From: an uncultured Kiritimatiellota bacterium
GTDB lineage: Bacteria; Verrucomicrobiota; Kiritimatiellia; RFP12; DVOR01
Assembly (NCBI GenBank): GCA_944389585.1
Contig: CALXMW010000001.1
Span: 155,435 to 219,434, forward strand
Direction: 5' to 3'
DNA length: 64,000 bases
Positions 1 to 8,419 of the stretch are shown here, one piece after another. Position 1 is the first letter of the stretch. Every line of letters begins with the position of its first letter. The notes under the pieces were generated by a model, which worked only from the letters and a program-made list of their open reading frames with translations, was not told the origin of the DNA and searched no databases. The position numbers and the translations under genes were made by a program.

Positions 1-2576
1 ACTACCTGCGCGACAACGGCATGGCCACCGACCCCTCGCAGGTCGTCCAGCGCGGCCACGCCTTCGCCATCGTCGACGAGGTGGACAGCATCCTCATCGA
101 CGAGGCCCGCACCCCCCTCATCATCTCCGGCCCCGCCCAGCGCTCCGCCTCGGGCGAGTACGTCGCCCAAAAGCCCCGCGTCGAGCGCGTCTTCCGCGAG
201 CAGACGAAGATCTGCACCCAGCTCCTCGCCGACGCCAAGGCCGCCATCGCCAAAGGCGACTCCGAGGCGGCCATGCGCAAACTCTTCCAGGTCTACCACG
301 GCACCCCCAAGAACAAACAGTTCCAGCACCTCATCGAAGAGCCCGCCGTCCGCCGCCTCCACGAGCAGGTCGAGGCCATGATGATCACCGACATGCGCAA
401 GCGCGAGGCCCGCGACCTGAAGGAAGACCTCCTCTTCACCATCGACGAAAAGACCCGCGAGGTCGCCCTCACCGACAAAGGCACCCGCTTCATCTCCCCC
501 GACGACCCGGACATGTACGTGGTGCCGGACCTCCCCGGCCAGCTCGCCGCCCTCGAAGGCAAGACCGGCCTCTCCCCCGAGGAGCGCGCCGCCGAGCGCC
601 GCCAGATCCAGGAAACCTTCGCCGCCAAGAGCGAACGCCTCCACATCGTCGACCAGCTCCTGCGCGCCTACGCCCTCTACAACAAAGACGAGGAATACGT
701 GGTGCAGGACGGCAAAGTGATGATCGTCGACGAGTTCACTGGGCGCATCCTCCCCGGCCGCCGCTGGAGCGAGGGCCTCCACCAGGCCGTCGAGGCCAAG
801 GAAGGCGTGAACATCGAGCGCGAGACCCAGACCCTCGCCACCATCACCATCCAGAACTACTTCCGCCTCTACGACAAACTCTCGGGCATGACCGGCACCG
901 CCGAGACCGAGGCCACCGAGTTCAACGACATCTACAAGCTCGACGTCGTCGTCATCCCCACCAACCGCCCCATCCGCCGCGTCGACGGCAACGACCTCAT
1001 CTACAAAACCCAGCGCGAGAAATACCGCGCCATCATCGACGAGGTCCGCAAGGCCCACGACCGCGGCCAGCCCGTCCTCCTGGGCACCGTCACCGTCGAC
1101 ACCTCCGAGGTCCTCAGCCGCATGCTCCGCATGGCCGGCATCCCCCACCACGTCCTCAACGCCAAAAACCACGCCATGGAGGCCGAGATCGTCGCCCAGG
1201 CAGGCCAGCCCGGCGCCGTCACCATCGCCACCAACATGGCCGGCCGCGGCACCGACATCAAGCTCGGCCCCGGCGTCGTCTGGATGAGCGAGGAACAGAT
1301 CAAAGACAAGACCCTCACCCTCGACACCGTCCCCAAAGGCGAGCGCAAAACCCTCCGCCACCTCCTCGAGGAACGCCCCTGCGGCCTCTACGTCATCGCC
1401 TCCGAGCGCCACGAATCCCGCCGCATCGACCGCCAGCTCCGCGGCCGCTGCTCCCGCCAGGGAGACCCCGGCGCCAGCCGCTTCTACCTCTCGCTCGAAG
1501 ACAACCTCATGCGCCTCTTCGGCAGCGACAAACTCTCCGGCCTCATGACCCGCCTCGGCCTCAAGGAAGGCGAGGCCATCGAGCACCGCTGGCTCAACAA
1601 CACCGTCGAACGCGCCCAACGCAAGGTCGAGGAGCAAAACTTCTCCATCCGCAAGCGCACCCTCCAGTACGACGACGTGATGAACCGCCAGCGCACCATC
1701 ATCTACGGCCTGCGCCAAGACATCCTCATGAAAGACGGCGCCGCCCACGCCTGCATCCTCGACGTCTTCAACGACCTCATCGTCGACCGTTGCGAGGCCA
1801 CCCTCGCCAACGCCAAGGACGCCGACCCCGAAGGCCTCGCCGCCTGGGCCGCCAACTTCCCCATCCTCTGCTCCGCCGACGACTGCAAGGCCTGGGTCGA
1901 AAAACCCCAAGAAGCCGCCGCCGAGCTCTTCCGCCGCGTCGAGGAAGCCTACCAGGCCAAATGCGAGGGCGAAATCCCAGAGGCCCTCCCCATGCTCGAA
2001 CGCATGGTCTGCCTCACCGCCATCGACGAGGAATGGCAAAAGTTCCTCGCCGCCATGGACGACCTCCGCCGCAGCGTCAGCCTCCGCGGCTACGGCCAGC
2101 GCGACCCCCTCGTGGAATACAAACGCGAGGCCTTCACCATGTTCGAGGAGCTCATGGGCACCATCAAAGGCGCCATCGTCCGCGCCGCCTTCACCACCAC
2201 CACCAACGTCGCCGCCTACTTCGCCATGCGCGAACGCGCCGCCCAAAAAGCCCAAACCGTCCACCAAGACCTCGGCGACCTCACCGCCAACCTCCCCCCG
2301 CCCCCGCCCCAACAACCCCGCCCCATGCCCCCCTCCTTCACCGTCACCGCCCCCGGCCTGGCCAAACCCGCCCCGGAACCCGCCCCCGCCGGCGACGGCT
2401 CCCTCGAATCCCTCATGCGCTCCCTCGGCATGGCCCCGGACGCCCCCGCACACACCCCCGCCCCCGCACCGCACAAACCCGAGCCCCTCCGCGCCCAACC
2501 TAAAGTCGGCCGCAACGACCCCTGCCCCTGCGGCTCCGGCAAAAAATACAAAAACTGCTGCGGCAAAGGCCTCTGA
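1..2576 (+). CDS. secA: Preprotein translocase ATPase SecA, 5'-truncated by the window edge. Window begins inside the motor domain. C-terminus has a Pro-rich linker and a zinc-binding tail.
   Basis: ORF 21..2576 starts at the Walker B-like 'DEVDSILIDEARTPLIISGP', which in E. coli lies near residue 210, so the gene continues upstream. Ends with the SecA zinc finger 'CPCGSGKKYKNCCGKGL'. Confidence 0.9.
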   Translation, partial: YLRDNGMATDPSQVVQRGHAFAIVDEVDSILIDEARTPLIISGPAQRSASGEYVAQKPRVERVFREQTKICTQLLADAKAAIAKGDSEAAMRKLFQVYHGTPKNKQFQHLIEEPAVRRLHEQVEAMMITDMRKREARDLKEDLLFTIDEKTREVALTDKGTRFISPDDPDMYVVPDLPGQLAALEGKTGLSPEERAAERRQIQETFAAKSERLHIVDQLLRAYALYNKDEEYVVQDGKVMIVDEFTGRILPGRRWSEGLHQAVEAKEGVNIERETQTLATITIQNYFRLYDKLSGMTGTAETEATEFNDIYKLDVVVIPTNRPIRRVDGNDLIYKTQREKYRAIIDEVRKAHDRGQPVLLGTVTVDTSEVLSRMLRMAGIPHHVLNAKNHAMEAEIVAQAGQPGAVTIATNMAGRGTDIKLGPGVVWMSEEQIKDKTLTLDTVPKGERKTLRHLLEERPCGLYVIASERHESRRIDRQLRGRCSRQGDPGASRFYLSLEDNLMRLFGSDKLSGLMTRLGLKEGEAIEHRWLNNTVERAQRKVEEQNFSIRKRTLQYDDVMNRQRTIIYGLRQDILMKDGAAHACILDVFNDLIVDRCEATLANAKDADPEGLAAWAANFPILCSADDCKAWVEKPQEAAAELFRRVEEAYQAKCEGEIPEALPMLERMVCLTAIDEEWQKFLAAMDDLRRSVSLRGYGQRDPLVEYKREAFTMFEELMGTIKGAIVRAAFTTTTNVAAYFAMRERAAQKAQTVHQDLGDLTANLPPPPPQQPRPMPPSFTVTAPGLAKPAPEPAPAGDGSLESLMRSLGMAPDAPAHTPAPAPHKPEPLRAQPKVGRNDPCPCGSGKKYKNCCGKGL

Positions 2577-4339
2577 TGGACTCCCGAGGACGCGCCCCCC
2601 TCCCCGCACCCGCCGACGACGGCCTCGGGCTGGGGCGGCACACCCTGGCGCTCTTCGCGGCCCTCCTCCTCTCCATCCTGCTGCACTTCGGCCTCTTCTG
2701 CCTCGCCGCCCCCCTGCGCGTCGGCACGGCCCGGGCCGAGGCCGTCGAGCGCCTCACCGACGACGACCTCCCGCCCCTGCGCGTCGCCACCCTTGTGCAA
2801 GACGTCGCGGCCGTCCTTCCCCCGCACGACGCCGCGCCGGACCCCGAGGCCGCCGCAGCGCAATCCGCCCGGGAAACCGCCGCCCGCGCCGAGGCCGCGC
2901 CCCTCCCCCTCCCCACCGCGCCGGCCCTGCCCCAACCGGCCGAGGCGCCCCTCCCGGCCCCGCCGCGGATACCGGATGCGGGCCTCACCCCCCGCCAGCT
3001 CATCGCCGCCGTGCCGGACGCGCCGGACCTCAGGGATGCGAACCCCGCCCCGCGCTGGGTCATCGACGCCGACGTCCCCCGCGTGCCGGACGCGCCCGAC
3101 CTCGCCGACTCCGTCCTCAAAACCACCCTCCCCATCGCCCCGCCCATCCCCGCCGCCGCCGGGGAAACCGCCCCCGCCTCCGCCCCCGGCGCCAACGCCG
3201 AGCCCCTGCCCCCGCCGGCCCTCGGCGCAGGCGCCGTGCCCTCCCCGTCCGCCCTCGGCGCGCAGGCCCTGGCAGACGCGCTTGCCGACGCAAACGCCCA
3301 CGGCACGCCGGCCCCCACCCCCATCGACGAGCGCCTCAGCCTCACCCTCACCGTCTCCGAACCCGAGGCCGACCCCGCCCACCGCTACTTCCGCCTCGAA
3401 ATCCTCCGCCGCCCCGACAGCCCCCTCGCCGTCATGCCCAAAGACGTCATCCTCATCCAAGACGTCTCCGGCTCCATCGGCGCCGACCGCCTCGCCGCCG
3501 GCAAGGCCGCCCTCAAAGCCGCCCTCGCCGACACCCTGCGCCACGGCGACCGCTTCAACGTCTTCGCCTTCCGCGACAACACCCTCACCCCCTCGGACAC
3601 CTGGCTCACCTACGACCCCGACACCCGCGCCCAAGCCGAAACCTTCATCGACTCCCTCCGCGCCGTCGGCAACACCGACCTCTTCCTCCTCCTCCAAGAC
3701 CTCCTCAACCTCCCCGCCGACCCCGCCCGCCCCCTCCTCGCCGTCGTCGTCACCGACGGCGAACCCACCGTCGGCCTCACCGGCACCACCCGCATCATCG
3801 GCGAGTTCTCCCGCATGAACAAAGGCCGCATCGCCGTCTACACCTTCGGAACCAAACCGCGCGACCCCTACTTCCTCGACATGCTCTGCTACGCCAACCG
3901 CGGCGCCAACGCCACCGCCTCCGGCGACCCCGCCACCCTCGCCCGCGAGCTCTCCCCCGTCTTCGACTCCATCCGCAACCCCGTCCTCAAAGACCTCACC
4001 CTCACCTTCGACGCGCAAAGCGACGGCGAAATCCACCCCCGCAACCTCACCCACCTCTTCGCCGACCGCCCCCTCGTCGTCTACGGCCGCGCCCCCAAAA
4101 CCGCCGACCGCGTCACCTGCCAGCTCCGCGGACAAGGCGCCCAAGGCCCCTACGACGCCGTCTTCACCTTCGACCTCGCCCAAGCCGCCCCCGCCCCCGC
4201 CGACCTCCGCGCCGCCTGGGCCCGCCGCGCCCTCTTCGACCTCCTGCTCGACTACGCCGAAAACCCCTCCGAGGCCCTCCTCGCGCGCATCGACGCCTTC
4301 GCCCGCGCCCACGCCCTCCCCAACCCCTACCGCCGCTGA
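2576..4339 (+). CDS. Membrane-anchored von Willebrand factor A (VWA) domain protein with a Pro/Ala-rich linker.
   Basis: N-terminal TM helix 'LALFAALLLSILLHFGLFCLAAP', then a Pro-rich spacer, then a MIDAS-like 'ILIQDVSGSIGADRL' VWA motif. Start overlaps the secA stop (TGATG). Confidence 0.6.
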   Translation: MDSRGRAPLPAPADDGLGLGRHTLALFAALLLSILLHFGLFCLAAPLRVGTARAEAVERLTDDDLPPLRVATLVQDVAAVLPPHDAAPDPEAAAAQSARETAARAEAAPLPLPTAPALPQPAEAPLPAPPRIPDAGLTPRQLIAAVPDAPDLRDANPAPRWVIDADVPRVPDAPDLADSVLKTTLPIAPPIPAAAGETAPASAPGANAEPLPPPALGAGAVPSPSALGAQALADALADANAHGTPAPTPIDERLSLTLTVSEPEADPAHRYFRLEILRRPDSPLAVMPKDVILIQDVSGSIGADRLAAGKAALKAALADTLRHGDRFNVFAFRDNTLTPSDTWLTYDPDTRAQAETFIDSLRAVGNTDLFLLLQDLLNLPADPARPLLAVVVTDGEPTVGLTGTTRIIGEFSRMNKGRIAVYTFGTKPRDPYFLDMLCYANRGANATASGDPATLARELSPVFDSIRNPVLKDLTLTFDAQSDGEIHPRNLTHLFADRPLVVYGRAPKTADRVTCQLRGQGAQGPYDAVFTFDLAQAAPAPADLRAAWARRALFDLLLDYAENPSEALLARIDAFARAHALPNPYRR

Positions 4340-4340
4340 C

Positions 4341-5729
4341 ATGGCCGCGCTTGCCTTCCAGAGCGCCGACGGCGCGTTGGTGGCCCGCGCTGAGGCCATC
4401 GTCCGCCGCCTCCGCGGCCACGGCTTCACCGCCTACTTCGCCGGCGGGTGCGTGCGCGACGCCCTGCGCGGCGCGCCCGTCAAGGACATCGACATCGCCA
4501 CCTCCGCCACGCCCGAGCAGGTCGCGGCCCTCTTCCCCGCGCAAAGCGTGGGCGTCGGCAAGAGCTTCGGCGTCATGCTCGTCCTCCAGGACGGTGTCCC
4601 CTACGACGTCGCCACCTTCCGCACCGACGGCGGCTACCAGGACGGCCGCCACCCCGAGCGCGTCGCCTACGACACCGCCGAGCACGACGCCCAGCGCCGC
4701 GACTTCACCGTCAACGCCCTCTTCTACGACCCGCTTGAGGGGCGCGTCATCGACTTCGTCGGCGGCTTGGGCGACCTCCGCGCCGGCATCGTCCGCACCG
4801 TGGGCGACCCCGTGCGCCGCTTCCGCGAGGATCGCCTGCGCCTGCTCCGCGCCGTCCGCTTCGCCGCCGTCTGCGGGTGGGCCATTGAGCCGGCCACCTG
4901 GGCCGCGCTGAAGGCCGAGGCCCACGCCCTCCCCTGCGTCAGCGCCGAGCGCATCCGCGCCGAGTTCCTGCGCACCCTCTGCGAGGCCCCGCGCGCCGAC
5001 CGAGCCCTGGATCTGTTGGCCGAGAGCGGCCTTTTGGAGACCTTCCTCCCCGAGCTCACGGCCCTGCGCGGCTGCCCGCAGGATCCCGTGTGGCACCCCG
5101 AGGGCGACGTCTGGGCGCACGTGCGCAAGATGTTGGCGCTGGCCCCGCCCCCGCCGCGCGACCCCGCGCTCGTCTGGGCCATCCTGCTACACGACGTCGG
5201 CAAGCCCGGCACGCTCCAAATCGGCCGCAAGCCCGACGGTTCGCCCGCCTATCGCACGCCCAACCACGCCGCCCTCGGCGCGGAGATGGCCGCGCCCATC
5301 CTCCGCCGTCTCAAGGAGAGCCGCGCCACCCTCGAGGCCGTCGTCGCCGCCATCCGCAACCACATGCAGTTCGTCGAGCTCCCGAAGATGCGCGAGTCCA
5401 GCGTCCGCAAGATGCTCGGCCGCCCCACCATCGCCCTCGAGCTCGAGCTCCACCGCCTCGACTGCCTGGGCTCCCACGCCAAGCTCGACCTCTACGACCT
5501 GGCCCGGCGGCGCCTGGCCGACTTCGCCGCCGAGCCTGTCCTCCCGCCCCGCGCCGTCACGGGCCGCGACCTGCTGGCCCTCGGCTTCCGCCCCGGCCCC
5601 GCCCTCGGCGCCCTCCTCGAACGCCTCTACGCCCGCCAACTCGAAGGCGCCGACCGCGCGGCGCTCCTCCGCACGGCCGCCCAAGAGGCCCCCACCCCGC
5701 CTGTCAGCCAACCCGCCCCCCTCCCATGA
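4341..5729 (+). CDS. cca: CCA tRNA nucleotidyltransferase (class II, with HD domain).
   Basis: 'GGCVRDALRG…DIDIAT' polymerase-beta head motif and 'LLHDVGKP' HD motif. 462 aa. Confidence 0.75.
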   Translation: MAALAFQSADGALVARAEAIVRRLRGHGFTAYFAGGCVRDALRGAPVKDIDIATSATPEQVAALFPAQSVGVGKSFGVMLVLQDGVPYDVATFRTDGGYQDGRHPERVAYDTAEHDAQRRDFTVNALFYDPLEGRVIDFVGGLGDLRAGIVRTVGDPVRRFREDRLRLLRAVRFAAVCGWAIEPATWAALKAEAHALPCVSAERIRAEFLRTLCEAPRADRALDLLAESGLLETFLPELTALRGCPQDPVWHPEGDVWAHVRKMLALAPPPPRDPALVWAILLHDVGKPGTLQIGRKPDGSPAYRTPNHAALGAEMAAPILRRLKESRATLEAVVAAIRNHMQFVELPKMRESSVRKMLGRPTIALELELHRLDCLGSHAKLDLYDLARRRLADFAAEPVLPPRAVTGRDLLALGFRPGPALGALLERLYARQLEGADRAALLRTAAQEAPTPPVSQPAPLP

Positions 5730-7615
5730 TCATCCTGCCCACCGAGCGCAAGACCTTCCGCGCCAAGCTCATCCTGGCGCTCATCTACCTGATCCTTGCC
5801 CTCGGCGCCGTCACGATGGTCTGGCCCTTCCTCATGATGGTCGCCGGCTCCATGGCCGGCCGCTTCGACTACAATCTCCACTCCCCCCTCCTCACCTCCG
5901 TCTGGACGCCCGAGGGCCGCTTCATGCGCGTCCTGGCCGCCTTCCACCCCGCCTTCCCCCGCGACGTCTTCCCGGACGCCCCGCCCCTCTGGTCGAACTG
6001 GACGGCCCTTTCGCGCGACGCCGCGGGCATCCGCGCCTTTGCCCGACCTTGGATCGCGGGCATGAAAGACCCCGAGACCGCAGCCGCCTGGCGCGCCATG
6101 GCCCAAGACTACGCCGACTTCAACCGCGCCTACGACGTCCGCAACGCCCTCTGCGCCTACGACGAGCGCGACGTCGGCCCCTACGTCCGCGCCGTCTTCG
6201 AGGCCAAGACCGGCCACCAAGGCCCCGAGGCCGCCCTCGCCGAGCTCAACCGCACCTGGGACATCCGCTACAACGCCTTCCACGCCATCCGCTTCCGCGC
6301 CCAATCCCGCGTCCCCCTCCATTACCCCGATTGGGACTGGCCCACCGACGACCCCAAGACCGACCTGTGGCAGGACTTCAAGGCCCACTACCGCGCCTCC
6401 CCCCTCCCCTACTGCCGCACGCGCCCCTACCTCCTGGCCCCCCGCTGGGAGCGCTGGCGCGCCGAGCGCGGCCTCGCCCCCGCCCCCTTCCCCGGCGACG
6501 ACGCCGACCCCGCCTGGCGCGCCTTCGTCACCACGGCCTACCCCCGCCGCCTCCTCCGCGTCCGCCTCACGCCCGAGACGCGCGCCGCCTGGGCCGACCA
6601 CGTGCGCGGGCGCTGCCGCACGCCCGAGGACTACGCCCGCCTCACCGGCAACCCCGCCCCCAAAAACCTCGCCGACGTCCCCCTCCTGCCCTACGAGAAC
6701 GCCCCCCTCTGGCGCGGCTTCGTCGCCACCCTCCCCTACGAAAGCCTCCTCGCCACCTCCGCCGAGGCCGACTGGCAGGCCTTCCTCCGGGCCCGCTACG
6801 GCACCCTCGGTGCCCTCAACGCCGCCTACCGCGACGTCCACGGCGCACCCTACGCCGCCACAGACTGGCGCGACGTCCCCCTCCCCCAGGCCCAGGCCTT
6901 CGCCGTCACCTTCGCCGACGCCGGCGCGCGCCTCCTGTGGCGCGACGTCACCGCCAGCTACCGCACCGTCTGCGACGTCCTCTTCCTCCGCGGCCGCGCC
7001 TGGTGGAACACCCTCGTCCTTGTCCTGCTCACCATCCTGGCGACCCTCACCGTCAACCCCCTGGCCGCCTATGCGCTCTCGCGCTTCCGCCTGCCGCACA
7101 CCGAGGCCATCCTCCTCTTCCTCCTGGCCACCATGGCCTTCCCGGCCGCGGTCACGGCCATCCCGGGCTTCCTGCTCATCCGCGAGCTCGGCCTCCTCAA
7201 CACCTTCGCCGCGCTCGTCCTCCCCACCGTCGCCAACGGCCTCTCCATCTTCGTCCTCAAAGGCTTCTTCGACGCCCTCCCCCGCGAGCTCTACGAGGCC
7301 GCCACCATCGACGGCGCCACCGAATGGCAGATCTTCCGCCACATCACCCTGCCCATGACCACGCCCATCCTCGCGGTGAACGCGCTCAACGCCTTCATCG
7401 CCGCCTACAACTCCTGGGAATGGGCCCTCCTCGTCTGCCAACGCCAAAGCCACTGGACGCTCTCGGTCTGGCTCTACCAGATGAGCCAAACCTTCTCCGG
7501 CGTGCCGTGGGTGACCCTCGCGGGCTTCGTCCTGGTCTCCCTCCCCACCGCTGCCATCTTCCTGCTCTGCCAGCGCGTCATCCTGCGCGGCATCGTCCTG
7601 CCTTCCATGAAATAG
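5726..7615 (+). CDS. Carbohydrate-type ABC transporter permease (MalG/BPD_transp_1 family) with a large (~380 aa) first periplasmic loop.
   Basis: Chosen start ATG at 5726 overlaps the cca stop (ATGA). C-terminal 'EAATIDGATEWQIFRHITLPM' EAA permease signature. TM1 'LILALIYLILALGAVTMVWPF'. No ATPase or binding-protein partner adjacent. Confidence 0.7.
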   Translation: MIILPTERKTFRAKLILALIYLILALGAVTMVWPFLMMVAGSMAGRFDYNLHSPLLTSVWTPEGRFMRVLAAFHPAFPRDVFPDAPPLWSNWTALSRDAAGIRAFARPWIAGMKDPETAAAWRAMAQDYADFNRAYDVRNALCAYDERDVGPYVRAVFEAKTGHQGPEAALAELNRTWDIRYNAFHAIRFRAQSRVPLHYPDWDWPTDDPKTDLWQDFKAHYRASPLPYCRTRPYLLAPRWERWRAERGLAPAPFPGDDADPAWRAFVTTAYPRRLLRVRLTPETRAAWADHVRGRCRTPEDYARLTGNPAPKNLADVPLLPYENAPLWRGFVATLPYESLLATSAEADWQAFLRARYGTLGALNAAYRDVHGAPYAATDWRDVPLPQAQAFAVTFADAGARLLWRDVTASYRTVCDVLFLRGRAWWNTLVLVLLTILATLTVNPLAAYALSRFRLPHTEAILLFLLATMAFPAAVTAIPGFLLIRELGLLNTFAALVLPTVANGLSIFVLKGFFDALPRELYEAATIDGATEWQIFRHITLPMTTPILAVNALNAFIAAYNSWEWALLVCQRQSHWTLSVWLYQMSQTFSGVPWVTLAGFVLVSLPTAAIFLLCQRVILRGIVLPSMK

Positions 7616-7701
7616 GCGCGCCGCGGCGGGCGCACGCCCCCCTGGGCGCGGCCAAGCGCGGTCGCAACGTGTCTCCGGCGAGACGCCCCTCTGGGCGAAA
7701 A

Positions 7702-8055
7702 TGGTGGAGGTGGGGGGAATCGAACCCCCGTCCAAGATAGCTTCACCACGATCTCTACGTGCGTATCCGGCCTTTTGTCTCGCGGCGGACAAGCCGACCG
7801 ACGGGCCACATCCGACGCATACCCTCATGATGGTGCAAGCGCGCGTCCCCGAAGGTTCGGTTCACGGCAGGGCCTGCTAGTCGACGCTTCCACGCTCAGC
7901 AGACATCGGCGTTTCGGCGACGGGCCGTTAAGTTAGGCCGCGTAAGCGAAGTTATCGTTCGCAGTTAGGTTTTGATCGATGTTTTACGGGGCCAACGATC
8001 ATCCCCGGCACGCAACCGAGGATCCAACATACCCTGTCGAAACCTGGTCACCCCC
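7702..8055 (-). ncRNA. ssrA: tmRNA (SsrA), about 354 nt. Predicted tag peptide is ANDNFAYAA.
   Basis: Minus-strand 5' end GGGGGUGACCAGGUUUCGACAGGG. 3' end GGACGGGGGUUCGAUUCCCCCCACCUCCACCA (tRNA-Ala-like acceptor/T-arm plus CCA). Internal tag frame GCG AAC GAT AAC TTC GCT TAC GCG GCC TAA (plus-strand coordinates 7933–7962). Confidence 0.9.
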
Positions 8056-8073
8056 TTGAAAAAAGGTGCCACT

Positions 8074-8101
8074 ATTATAACAAAGATTTTCGCCCATGCA
8101 A
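8074..8101 (-). promoter_or_regulatory. Sigma70-type promoter of ssrA: TTGCAT – 16 nt – TATAAT.
   Basis: Minus strand reads 'TTGCATgggcgaaaatctttgtTATAATagtggcaccttttttcaaGGGGGTG…'. -10 lies at 8074–8079 and -35 at 8096–8101 in plus-strand coordinates, about 19 nt upstream of the mature 5' end. Confidence 0.6.
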
Positions 8102-8118
8102 CACTTTTTTTGGTTTTC

Positions 8119-8411
8119 GATCACAGAGGGCACAGAGGACACACGAAGGGACACAGAGCATTGGAAATCACAACGGACACAAAGGCTTGCACGACGCAGG
8201 GGAGATCACAGAGGGCACAGAGGAAACGCAGAGGAAACACAGAGGGAAAAGAAAGGTCAAGGGGCGCCGCCCCTTGACCCCGGCAGGGGGAAGCTCCCCC
8301 TGCACCCGCGGCACGTCTGCGACGTGCCTGACCCGGCGACCCCAAGCTTTGCGTCCTTTGTGATTTCCGTTCTCCGTGTTCCGCTGTGTGTCCTCTGTGG
8401 CCTCTGTGATC
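8119..8411. repeat. About 290-bp structured element. Two direct copies and one inverted copy of a 21-bp repeat, enclosing three consecutive perfect hairpins.
   Basis: GATCACAGAGGGCACAGAGGA at 8119–8139 and 8204–8224. Inverted copy TCCTCTGTGGCCTCTGTGATC at 8391–8411. Hairpins: ggtcaaggggcg-c-cgccccttgacc (8255–8279), cagggggaagctccccctg, gcacgtctgcgacgtgc. Confidence 0.5.
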
Positions 8412-8419
8412 CCATCACG

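Noticed and set aside
21-2576. SecA starting at the ATG at position 21.
   Set aside because: The first residues correspond to the middle of the SecA motor domain, so the gene is truncated by the window edge and the ATG at 21 is internal.
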